This document shows, in pieces, positions 15,622 to 24,074 of a stretch of DNA of 41,975 nt. This DNA comes from Candidatus Enterousia sp. (GTDB lineage Bacteria; Pseudomonadota; Alphaproteobacteria; Rs-D84): the NCBI GenBank assembly GCA_045648865.1, contig JAZROU010000011.1, forward strand, positions 1 to 41,975, given 5' to 3'. The notes under the pieces were generated by a model that did not search any database, was not told the DNA's origin, and worked only from the letters and a program-made list of their open reading frames with translations. Position numbers and translations under genes: made by a program. The stretch's first letter is position 1, and the number at the start of each line of letters is the position of its first letter.

Positions 15622-16084
15622 ATTTTCTGTTCTTTCTAAATTCATCCAAAGACACAACACGACCTGGGTCTGGGACGGTATCTGGTTTTTCTTCCAGTGG
15701 TAATTCCATATCATTATCTGTGGTTGCTGGTTGCATTTTTGTCTGGAACGACAGCATAAAATCAACCGATGGGTCTTTGAATTCGACCAACGCAGAAAAT
15801 GGCACACGAATAAAGAACGGACGTCCATCAAACGTTAGTTGCACACCAAATTCTTTATCTGACACATGCAGGTTATTATAAGAATATTGCAAAACAATTG
15901 TCATAATATCTGGATATCTGATACGCAAAAAGTCCGGCAAAACGACACCACTGTCACGTGTACGAAACGTGATAAAGAAGTGCGTTCCATCCCCCAGTCC
16001 ATTAAATTGTGCATGAACCAATGCGTCTTTGACCACAGATTTCAATGCATTGTCTAACAAAGTTTGATAATCGATACGTGCCAT
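15620..16084 (-). CDS. sspB: ClpXP adaptor SspB (alphaproteobacterial type)
   Basis: DYQTLLDNALKSVVKDAL...THFFITFRTRDSGVVLPDFLRIRYPDIMTIVLQYSYNNLHV...FSALVEFKDPSVDF matches the alpha-type SspB pattern I recall. Confidence 0.8.
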   Translation of the reverse strand: MARIDYQTLLDNALKSVVKDALVHAQFNGLGDGTHFFITFRTRDSGVVLPDFLRIRYPDIMTIVLQYSYNNLHVSDKEFGVQLTFDGRPFFIRVPFSALVEFKDPSVDFMLSFQTKMQPATTDNDMELPLEEKPDTVPDPGRVVSLDEFRKNRK

Positions 16085-16090
16085 AATAAA

Positions 16091-17170
16091 TCACTCCGGG
16101 CATACTATATTACTTATTTCACCATTTGTGCAAGAAACAAATACAGCATCATTTATATTACTAAATATTTCCGGCGCCAATCCTGTTGCCCAAACTTGGG
16201 CGTTTGATTTTGCCAGTTCTGAAAACACTAAATCGCGCGCATTTTTATCCAGGTGCGCCGCAGCCTCGTCCAGCAGAATTATTGGATTATACGATGTTTT
16301 TGTATGTATCAGCTTTGCATGCGCCAATATTAAATCAATCAGCACAGTTTTTTGTTGTCCTGTACTGGTCAGATATGCCGGTAAATTTAGTTCATTATTA
16401 AATACGCCAAAGTCCGATTTATGCGGCCCATCCAGCACCATTTTATCACCACGCATTGTGCGATTTTGTTTTAAATATTCCAGATATGCACGTTCTGCGT
16501 CCCCTGCACTCATCCCATCAATCAGCATTTTTTCAATAACCCCAGACACAGACACCGCGCATCTTTTTAAAAAATAGTTTAATTCCCCTGCGTATTGAAT
16601 ACGTGCGACGGCAATTGCGACGGCAACACCGGCGATTTGCATATCCAGTGCATCCATCCAATGTGCATTCGCCCCTGATTTTATTGCGAACGCCCGCTCG
16701 CTCAGCAATTTTGCCAATCTTGCATTTCTGCCTTGGTGTGATGCGTCAAAACTGGCGCACAGTCTGTCAAAGAAAGCGCGTCTTTCTGCGGCGCCTTCTA
16801 CAAACAGTCTGTCTTCACGTGGGGTTATCCAAACAATTCTGATATATTTTGCCAAATCTGCCAATGGTGCATTATCGCCATCTATTTTTGCACGTCTGTT
16901 TGTATCCCCCCCGACAAATTGTACTGAAATTTCTGTTTCATCGGCCAGATTTGCAAAAACACAAAATCCCCCATTACCAGAAAATCTTGCAATATCACCC
17001 ATACCAACGCCACGCATACCACGATCCCCCCCCAGCATTGATACCGCCTCTAATATTGCTGTTTTACCTGCCCCATTTGGTCCAGTTATAATAACATTGC
17101 GTCGTCCAAACGTGTTAATACGACACATATTATGATTTCGAAAATCTGTCAGGCAAATAGTATTAATCAT
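16091..17170 (-). CDS. recF: DNA replication and repair protein RecF
   Basis: LTDFRNH, Walker A GPNGAGKTAILEA, SxGQQK signature (STGQQKT), ILLDEAAAHLD; start trimmed to ATG 17170. Confidence 0.9.
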   Translation of the reverse strand: MINTICLTDFRNHNMCRINTFGRRNVIITGPNGAGKTAILEAVSMLGGDRGMRGVGMGDIARFSGNGGFCVFANLADETEISVQFVGGDTNRRAKIDGDNAPLADLAKYIRIVWITPREDRLFVEGAAERRAFFDRLCASFDASHQGRNARLAKLLSERAFAIKSGANAHWMDALDMQIAGVAVAIAVARIQYAGELNYFLKRCAVSVSGVIEKMLIDGMSAGDAERAYLEYLKQNRTMRGDKMVLDGPHKSDFGVFNNELNLPAYLTSTGQQKTVLIDLILAHAKLIHTKTSYNPIILLDEAAAHLDKNARDLVFSELAKSNAQVWATGLAPEIFSNINDAVFVSCTNGEISNIVCPE

Positions 17171-17223
17171 GCGCCGATGATACAAAAAAATTCCCAACTG
17201 TACAAGTGTTCAAAATATTATAT

Positions 17224-17892
17224 TTATTCGCACAGGAATGCTTCTTTTAATGCTGTATCAACCTCTGCGCCGGACAAACCCGCACACCTCAAAAAGAATA
17301 TTTGTTCATCACCTGGTTTATACAAAGACGCACTGTGGTCTGCGCGTATTGGTTCAGACATAATATTTTGACCTGGCATAAATTCTATTTTTGCACCATC
17401 ATCTGCCATTGCGATAAATGCGATATCAGATTCGCAATCTTCACATTCTTTGTTAATGAACGCCACCCCGGACAATTTTGAAACAGAATTTTTCCCGGCC
17501 AAAACCTTATTTTTTATCAAAACAGCCGTATTTTTATAAAAATGTTCGGCGTTACATTTATATACCAGATCTGATTGATTATCAATCAAGACTGTACCTG
17601 AAATAACAGAATTTTTCCCGGCGTTTTTGATAAAAATGTTCAAAAAAGCCGGCTTTTTTATTTTTACATTAACACTAACAATAATTTTTTGATTTTCTGC
17701 CCCGACTAAAATTTCCAGATTGTTTTTCCCGGCGATTTCGCCAACATATATTATATGCACCGGCAAATTAAATTTAGTATTAATTGGTGCATTTGGCAAT
17801 GTTGATAAATCACTACAATATTGTCCATCGCGGTAAACAATAGTTTCCGCAGGAATTGTTTTTATATTGAATTCGTTCCACATGTATGACAT
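17224..17892 (-). CDS. short SufD/SufB-family (SufBD beta-helix) protein, 222 aa
   Basis: C-terminus ...IRADHSASLYKPGDEQIFFLRCAGLSGAEVDTALKEAFL parallels the E. coli SufD ...[23 protein letters not shown]...AF block; repeated AGKNS coil units. Confidence 0.65.
   Translation of the reverse strand: MSYMWNEFNIKTIPAETIVYRDGQYCSDLSTLPNAPINTKFNLPVHIIYVGEIAGKNNLEILVGAENQKIIVSVNVKIKKPAFLNIFIKNAGKNSVISGTVLIDNQSDLVYKCNAEHFYKNTAVLIKNKVLAGKNSVSKLSGVAFINKECEDCESDIAFIAMADDGAKIEFMPGQNIMSEPIRADHSASLYKPGDEQIFFLRCAGLSGAEVDTALKEAFLCE
17617..17653. repeat. copy A of a 37-nt repeat (inside the SufD-like CDS)
   Basis: cccggcGtttttgataaaaatgttcaaaaaagccgg; 36/37 identical to 19024..19060. Confidence 0.9.
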
Positions 17893-17901
17893 ATTGTTGC
17901 T

Positions 17902-17930
17902 ATTATAAAGGATTTGATAATGGGATTCAA
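17902..17930 (-). promoter_or_regulatory. promoter TTGAAT-17-TATAAT, 9 nt before the SufD-like ATG
   Basis: minus-strand TTGAAT (17930..17925), 17-nt spacer, TATAAT (17907..17902), agcaacaat, ATG 17892. Confidence 0.55.
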
Positions 17931-18999
17931 TTGTGGAATTGTGGGTCTGCCAAATGTTGGTAAATCTACACTGTTTAATGCTTTGACACAAAGTGCCGCG
18001 GCCGATGCGCAGAATTATCCATTCTGTACAATCGAACCGAATACGGGGCGCGTGGTTGTACCAGATGCAACTTTGCATGAATTGGCGCGTGTGGCGGGTT
18101 CTCAGAAAATACTGCCGACCCAGCTGGAAATTGTTGATATTGCGGGCCTTGTCAAGGGCGCGTCCACCGGCGAAGGATTGGGGAATAAATTCCTGGGGAA
18201 TATTTTATCGACCGACGCGATAATTCATGTTGTCAGATGTTTTGAAAATGACGATATTGTGCACGTTCACGGCAAGATTGATCCACTGGGGGATATTGAA
18301 ACAATTGAAACAGAATTAATGTTGGCGGATTTGGAAAGCATTGATAAACAAATTAAAAACCTGGAAAAGCGCGCGCGTGGCCTGGACAAAGATGCGATTA
18401 AATTATTGGCAGACGCCAACGCGATTAAAGCAAACCTGGAAAAATCAATACCTGCGCGCATGGGTGATATTGATTCAACGCCATTTAATTTACTGACATC
18501 AAAACCTGTGATATACGTTTGCAATGTTGACGAATCGTCCGCTGCCACCGGCAATAAATATTCAGATATGGTTCGCGAAAAATTCGGCGCAACAAACGAT
18601 GTATTGGTAATATCATCAAAGATAGAGATGGAGATTTCACAAATCGTTGACCCAGACGAACGTAAAATGTTCCTGGATGACTTGGGCTTGTCTGAATCTG
18701 GACTGGACCAGGTGATTAAGACTGGCTATAAAACATTGGGGTTGCAAACATATTATACCATTGGCCCCAAAGAGGCACACGCCTGGACAATAACCGCCGG
18801 CATGACGGCGCCCCAGGCGGCGGGAAAAATCCACACTGATTTTGAACGTGGATTTATCCGTGCCGAAGTGATTTCGCCCGCTGACTTTATATCGCTTGGT
18901 GGCGAAGTCGCCGTCAAAGAGGCCGGCAAAATGCGTCTGGTTGGCCGTGATTATGTGATGCAACCGGGCGACATATGTCACTTCTTGTTTAATACCTAA
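17920..18999 (+). CDS. ychF: ribosome-binding ATPase YchF (Obg-family GTPase fold)
   Basis: GIVGLPNVGKSTLFNALT, DIAGLVKGAS, C-terminal TGS-like ...RAEVISPADF...GRDYVMQPGDICHFLFN; AAAGGA SD before ATG 17920. Confidence 0.9.
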   Translation: MGFNCGIVGLPNVGKSTLFNALTQSAAADAQNYPFCTIEPNTGRVVVPDATLHELARVAGSQKILPTQLEIVDIAGLVKGASTGEGLGNKFLGNILSTDAIIHVVRCFENDDIVHVHGKIDPLGDIETIETELMLADLESIDKQIKNLEKRARGLDKDAIKLLADANAIKANLEKSIPARMGDIDSTPFNLLTSKPVIYVCNVDESSAATGNKYSDMVREKFGATNDVLVISSKIEMEISQIVDPDERKMFLDDLGLSESGLDQVIKTGYKTLGLQTYYTIGPKEAHAWTITAGMTAPQAAGKIHTDFERGFIRAEVISPADFISLGGEVAVKEAGKMRLVGRDYVMQPGDICHFLFNT

Positions 19000-19023
19000 A
19001 AAAATAAAACTGTTGAAAAAAAT

Positions 19024-19060
19024 CCCGGCCTTTTTGATAAAAATGTTCAAAAAAGCCGGT
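19024..19060. repeat. copy B of the 37-nt repeat, in the ychF-dnaG spacer; also forms the only hairpin plus T-run downstream of dnaG
   Basis: cccggcCtttttgataaaaatgttcaaaaaagccgg; CCGGC...GCCGG arms, T-run on the minus strand at 19016..19023. Confidence 0.85.
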
Positions 19061-19064
19061 ATTT

Positions 19065-20684
19065 TTATATTGAAACTAAAATATCTAATTTCTCGGTATA
19101 TTTTTCAATTTCCGAATTTATGCGTGTTATTTCATCACGCGCATCTTCGTTCCCCGCCAACAGTTGCTTTGTAAATTCGCGTTTCTGCGCGTTCAGTTTT
19201 TCCAAATATCTTTGCAGTTTCAGTGACACAATATATTTTTCAGCTGCACCCGCATCCATACTAAGTTCCGGCGCATTCCCATCAAAATCCACCCCCAGCG
19301 TCCCCAAGAAATCCATATATCGTTCTGCCAGTTCTGGGAAATTATTAACGATATAAACCAAGGTATTTTTTGTCACCGCCCCAACATCTGGCAATTTTAC
19401 ATCTGGCAATTTCGTTGTTTTTTTCCATTTATTCCAGTTTTGAAATTTACGTTTATCATATTCTTGCTTGTACTGTTTACGCAATTCTGGGTCGACAATT
19501 TTTTCAATTTGCCCGTCCAAGAATTTTTCTGCCTGGGTCCGTCCCCCTGGTGTTGATACAACATAGTTTTTATTTGCCAATTCCCACAAAAAATCAGTCA
19601 AGGTCATCGCATCGTCGATAATTTTTTTCATGGCCCCTGTGCCACCAGATTTTAGTATTTCATCTGGGTCTTTGCCCCCGGACACGAACGCGAATTTTAC
19701 ATCTGATGTATCACGAATAAACGGCAATACAATGTTGCATGCGCGCGCAGCAGCCTTTTGCCCGGCCGCATCCCCGTCAAAACAAAATGTTATATTCCTG
19801 TTTGATTTACACAGCAACGCAATATGATCTTCGGTCAGCGCAGTCCCCAGTGGCGCAACAGTTTCCCCGAATCCATTTACCTGCATTTTGATTGCGTCAA
19901 TTTGTCCTTCGACGACGATACTGCGGTTTGCGCGATGGATTGCGTCACGTGCAAAGTTCAACCCAAACACGGTCTGACGTTTATGGAAAATATCAGTATC
20001 TGTTGTATTTATGTATTTTGGTTCTGATCCATCCAGTGATCGTCCTGAAAACGCCACAATTTTTCCCCGCGCATTAAATATAGGGAACATTAATTTATCG
20101 CGAAAAAAATCATACATTCCATTATTTCCGTGCCGACATAACCCCGACGCAATCAGATATTTAGATTCTGCAAATTTATTTGCGATAATATTATTTTTAG
20201 GCGCATAACCGATACGATATTTTTTTATCATATCATCTGAAAAACCGCGTCTACGCACGTATTCCAGTGCATGCGCTGCATCTGATGTAAACAATTTTTC
20301 AGAATATGTCTGTGCGGCCCGTTCACAAATATCGAATAATGCATCTTCGTGTTTTACGACATTTGGGTCACGAGGTTTATAATCTGGCATTTTCAGTCCC
20401 GCCATATTGGCCAGTTCTGAAATCGCAGCCTTGAAATCCATGTTATTATGCTTCATCGTGAACGAAATAATATCGCCATGTTCGCCACATCCGAAACAGT
20501 GATAAAACCCCTTTTCTTCATTCACGGAAAAACTGGGGGTTTTTTCATTATGAAACGGACAGCACCCCCAGTAATTTTGTCCCTTGCGTGATAATGGCAC
20601 AACGCGTCCTACAACATCCACCACCGACAACCGCGCACGCAGTTCATCTGTGAAATTGGAATAATTGTGTCGTGTTGGCGCCAT
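19065..20684 (-). CDS. dnaG: DNA primase
   Basis: zinc-binding CPFHNEKTPSFSV...YHCFGCGEHGD, TOPRIM region IVVEGQIDA...FDGDAAG; ATG 20684 shares one nt with the topA stop (GTG 20687 is the alternative). Confidence 0.9.
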   Translation of the reverse strand: MAPTRHNYSNFTDELRARLSVVDVVGRVVPLSRKGQNYWGCCPFHNEKTPSFSVNEEKGFYHCFGCGEHGDIISFTMKHNNMDFKAAISELANMAGLKMPDYKPRDPNVVKHEDALFDICERAAQTYSEKLFTSDAAHALEYVRRRGFSDDMIKKYRIGYAPKNNIIANKFAESKYLIASGLCRHGNNGMYDFFRDKLMFPIFNARGKIVAFSGRSLDGSEPKYINTTDTDIFHKRQTVFGLNFARDAIHRANRSIVVEGQIDAIKMQVNGFGETVAPLGTALTEDHIALLCKSNRNITFCFDGDAAGQKAAARACNIVLPFIRDTSDVKFAFVSGGKDPDEILKSGGTGAMKKIIDDAMTLTDFLWELANKNYVVSTPGGRTQAEKFLDGQIEKIVDPELRKQYKQEYDKRKFQNWNKWKKTTKLPDVKLPDVGAVTKNTLVYIVNNFPELAERYMDFLGTLGVDFDGNAPELSMDAGAAEKYIVSLKLQRYLEKLNAQKREFTKQLLAGNEDARDEITRINSEIEKYTEKLDILVSI

Positions 20685-22924
20685 CACTTTTTCTTTGCCT
20701 TGTTATTAATCAGTTTTATTGCGGTTTCCAAATCCGGCTGTTCACGCACCGAAACATTCACACGATTTGATGATATATACGCACCATACCGCCCGGTTGG
20801 GTAATAGTAAATAATTTTTTTGGTTTCTGGATTTTCGCCAATTTTTATTGGTTCTGCTTTTTTTGCGATATTGGATAATAAATCGTGTGCGATTTCCAGT
20901 GTTATTGTATCGGCGCTATATTGTTTTGCGGCCACATTTTTTACACCATCTGTCACATACGGACCAAATTTTCCCACACGAAATTCAATCCCATCCCCCA
21001 GTTCAACTGTACCTGATTTAGCATTCACTGCGGCGGATTCTGCAACCTGTGCGGCGGCATCAACCTTGCCCAGTTGTTTTGTGTACTTGCAATCTGGGTA
21101 TTTTTCGCATCCAATAAATGGTCCAAACTTAGACAATTTTATACCCAGTTTTGCGCCACATTCCGGGCATACATCATTACCATCTGGGAATAAATGCCTG
21201 TTCATAAATTCATTCAGTTCATCGATAATCTCTGACGTTTTAATACCGCGTGCACCATCAATCATTGCATCTGTCGGCCCCCAGAAATTTTTCAACGCGC
21301 TGATTTTATCTTGTTTACCATTTGACACATCGTCCAGTGTATCTTCTGTTTTTGCGGTAAAGTTTACATCAACTAAATCCGTAAAGTACTTGTTTAAATA
21401 TGACGCAATCACCCATCCGCCATTTGTTGGGTGGAAACGGCGTTGTTTATCTTGTTCGACATATGCACGGTCGACAATTGTTGACATAATTGTCGCATAC
21501 GTAGATGGTCGCCCAATCCCCAGTTCTTCTAACTTTTTAACCAACGAGGCTTCTGTATATCTGGGTGGTGCCTGGGTAAAATGCTGTTCTGGCATCAGTT
21601 CAGAAATTTTAATTGCATCACCAACATTCAATGGTGGTAATTTTGCGTCACGCTTGTCTTCTTCATCATCTTTATCTTCGGTATAAACCTTCATAAAACC
21701 ATCAAATGTTCGTGTTGAACCAACTGCGTGAAATATTGCAACTTTGTTTTCTGTTTCGATATCCGCCGCGACCGAGTCAAATTCTGCATTCGTCATCTGG
21801 CATGCGATTGTACGTTTCCAAATCAGGTCATACAGTTTTGCCTCATCCCCGCTTAAATTTTTTGCCGGCGCGTCAAAATGTGTTGGTCGAATTGCTTCGT
21901 GTGCTTCTTGGGCATTTTTGGATTTTGTTGCATAAATGTTTGGTGATTTTGGAACAAATTTTTCACCGTATTCACGTGCGATATACCCGCGAATTTCATT
22001 AACTGCATCTGCGTTCAGGTTTGTTGCGTCTGTACGCATATATGTGATTAACCCCTGTTCATAGAGGTGCTGTGCCGCACTCATTGTGCGTTTTGATGCA
22101 AAATATAATTTACGTGCTGCCTCTTGTTGCAGGGTTGACGTTGTAAATGGTGCCGCCGGTTTTCGTTGATTTTTCTTTTTTTCAACATTTATAACACTGG
22201 CCCCGATTTCAGGATTACCAATTTGTGATAAAATATCATCAACCATCGATTTGTTTTCAATGGTCATTTTTTCAATTTTTTTACCATTAAATTTATTCAG
22301 CATTGCTTTAAAAGCCGCAGAATCCGCCGTACACGTTGATTCTAATGACCAATATTCCACAGGCTTGAAATTTTCAATTTCTTTTTCACGATCAACCACC
22401 AATTTTACCGCCACAGATTGTACGCGTCCCGCAGATTTTCCCAAATTTCTGCGCCACAGCAACGGTGAAATTCCGAACCCAATCAGGTAATCTAACGCGC
22501 GCCGCACCAGGTATGCATCCACCAAATTTGTATCAATTTCACGTGGTGCTTCAATAGCAGTCTGGACGGCTTTTTTTGTAATTTCATGGAACGCAACGCG
22601 ATAAACTTTCTTGTCTTTTAATAATCTTTTTGCCTTTAAAATATCCAACAGATGCCATGCGATGGCTTCTCCTTCGCGGTCAGGGTCGCTTGCCAGATAA
22701 ACAGCATCTGCTTTTTTTAATTCATCTGTAATCAGTTTAATTTGCTTTTCTTTACCTGGCATAATTTGCCATTTCATTTTGAAATTATTTTCGGTATCTA
22801 CACTGCCGTTTTCTGGAACCAAATCGCGTACATGACCAACAGATGCGATAACACGCCACCCTGCCCCCAGGTATTTTTCAATTGTTTTTGCCTTGGATGG
22901 TGATTCCACGATTAACAAGTTCAT
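20684..22924 (-). CDS. topA: DNA topoisomerase I
   Basis: MNLLIVESPSKAKTIEKYLG, DPDREGEAIAWH, active-site region ITYMRTD, C-terminal CPECG...CEKYPDC zinc ribbon; start trimmed from 22990 to ATG 22924. Confidence 0.92.
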   Translation of the reverse strand: MNLLIVESPSKAKTIEKYLGAGWRVIASVGHVRDLVPENGSVDTENNFKMKWQIMPGKEKQIKLITDELKKADAVYLASDPDREGEAIAWHLLDILKAKRLLKDKKVYRVAFHEITKKAVQTAIEAPREIDTNLVDAYLVRRALDYLIGFGISPLLWRRNLGKSAGRVQSVAVKLVVDREKEIENFKPVEYWSLESTCTADSAAFKAMLNKFNGKKIEKMTIENKSMVDDILSQIGNPEIGASVINVEKKKNQRKPAAPFTTSTLQQEAARKLYFASKRTMSAAQHLYEQGLITYMRTDATNLNADAVNEIRGYIAREYGEKFVPKSPNIYATKSKNAQEAHEAIRPTHFDAPAKNLSGDEAKLYDLIWKRTIACQMTNAEFDSVAADIETENKVAIFHAVGSTRTFDGFMKVYTEDKDDEEDKRDAKLPPLNVGDAIKISELMPEQHFTQAPPRYTEASLVKKLEELGIGRPSTYATIMSTIVDRAYVEQDKQRRFHPTNGGWVIASYLNKYFTDLVDVNFTAKTEDTLDDVSNGKQDKISALKNFWGPTDAMIDGARGIKTSEIIDELNEFMNRHLFPDGNDVCPECGAKLGIKLSKFGPFIGCEKYPDCKYTKQLGKVDAAAQVAESAAVNAKSGTVELGDGIEFRVGKFGPYVTDGVKNVAAKQYSADTITLEIAHDLLSNIAKKAEPIKIGENPETKKIIYYYPTGRYGAYISSNRVNVSVREQPDLETAIKLINNKAKKK

Positions 22925-22928
22925 ATCC

Positions 22929-24074
22929 CTAACTCCCCTTTGCAGATAATTGTTGGTCTTTGTGAATATACGCGTTTTGGCACAGTCCAAATCCGAACAT
23001 CAGTGATAACAGACTGCTGCCACCAAACGACATCAGTGGCAACGGCACACCGACGGTTGGCAACAACCCCAAAACCATGGAAATATTTATAAAGTAATAA
23101 ACAAAAAAGTTCAACATAAATCCAAAGCATATTAATTGTCCAAATCTGTTTCGGCACATTTTCGCCGCCCAGAACAGCAACACGACAATCCACGTATATA
23201 TTGCCAATAAACTGAACGCGCCGATAAATCCGAATTCTTCGCCCAGCATTGTAAATATAAAATCAGTCTGTTTTTCCGGCAGGAATGATTGCTGTGATTG
23301 TGTGCCTGCCATATACCCTTTGCCGGTTATACCGCCACTGCCGAATGCGATTTTTGCCTGGTTTATTTGATATCCTGCACCTTGGATATCGCTGTCTGGG
23401 TTCAAGAATGTTATAATACGTCCACGTTGATAATCGTGCAGTCCACCAAACCACACAACCGGTGCCGCCATACACCCCAGTATCGCCGCGATAATAAACC
23501 ACTTTTTATTTGCCCCGACGATATAGAATACCCCGACCGTAATCATCCCCAATGACAAAGCTGTCCCTAAATCAGGCTGGGCAACGATTAAGCTAAACGG
23601 CACCAACAGCATCAGCATCGGCGCAACATAGTTTTTAAATTGTCCCAGTTCCACCGAATTAAACCACGCAAAATACCGCGCCAGTGCCAACACCAGCGCA
23701 ATTTTAATCAGTTCTGACGGCTGAATATGAATCACCCCCAGGTTCAACCACCTTTGCGCCCCCATACCCGTATGTCCAACGAATGTCACCAATACAATCA
23801 TAATCAATGCGATTGCATAAATCAGATACGCAGATTTAATCCATGTTTTTATATTTGTAAATGCTGCGAAAAAGAATACCCCAAACCCTAACATGATTTT
23901 CATCAGTTGTGATAGCGCAAACGGCTTCCAATTACCGCCACCGGCCGAATACAGTACAACGATTGAAATTGCCAACACCATACACATTGGCACGAACAAC
24001 CCCCATGAAAATCTGCTTAACTTTTCAGGGAACGTCATCATATTTGCATTTGAAACGCGTATTTGTCGTGCCAT
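22929..24074 (-). CDS. rodA: SEDS peptidoglycan glycosyltransferase RodA
   Basis: polytopic FtsW/RodA-type sequence with ...EKQTDFIFTMLGEEFGFIG and LPLMSFGGSS blocks; ATG 24074 overlaps the mrdA stop (TAATG); trimmed from 24164. Confidence 0.9.
   Translation of the reverse strand: MARQIRVSNANMMTFPEKLSRFSWGLFVPMCMVLAISIVVLYSAGGGNWKPFALSQLMKIMLGFGVFFFAAFTNIKTWIKSAYLIYAIALIMIVLVTFVGHTGMGAQRWLNLGVIHIQPSELIKIALVLALARYFAWFNSVELGQFKNYVAPMLMLLVPFSLIVAQPDLGTALSLGMITVGVFYIVGANKKWFIIAAILGCMAAPVVWFGGLHDYQRGRIITFLNPDSDIQGAGYQINQAKIAFGSGGITGKGYMAGTQSQQSFLPEKQTDFIFTMLGEEFGFIGAFSLLAIYTWIVVLLFWAAKMCRNRFGQLICFGFMLNFFVYYFINISMVLGLLPTVGVPLPLMSFGGSSLLSLMFGFGLCQNAYIHKDQQLSAKGS

Noticed and set aside
18637-19050. 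137-aa minus-strand ORF that begins in the 37-nt repeat copy
   Set aside because: Apart from its first ~10 codons it is antisense to ychF. The resemblance to the SufD-like protein is limited to the repeat itself.
20820-21686. 288-aa ORF on the plus strand
   Set aside because: It lies entirely antisense to topA, which has full-length family motifs. Its product is Ser/Phe/Ala-rich low complexity, typical of a shadow frame, and it has no SD.
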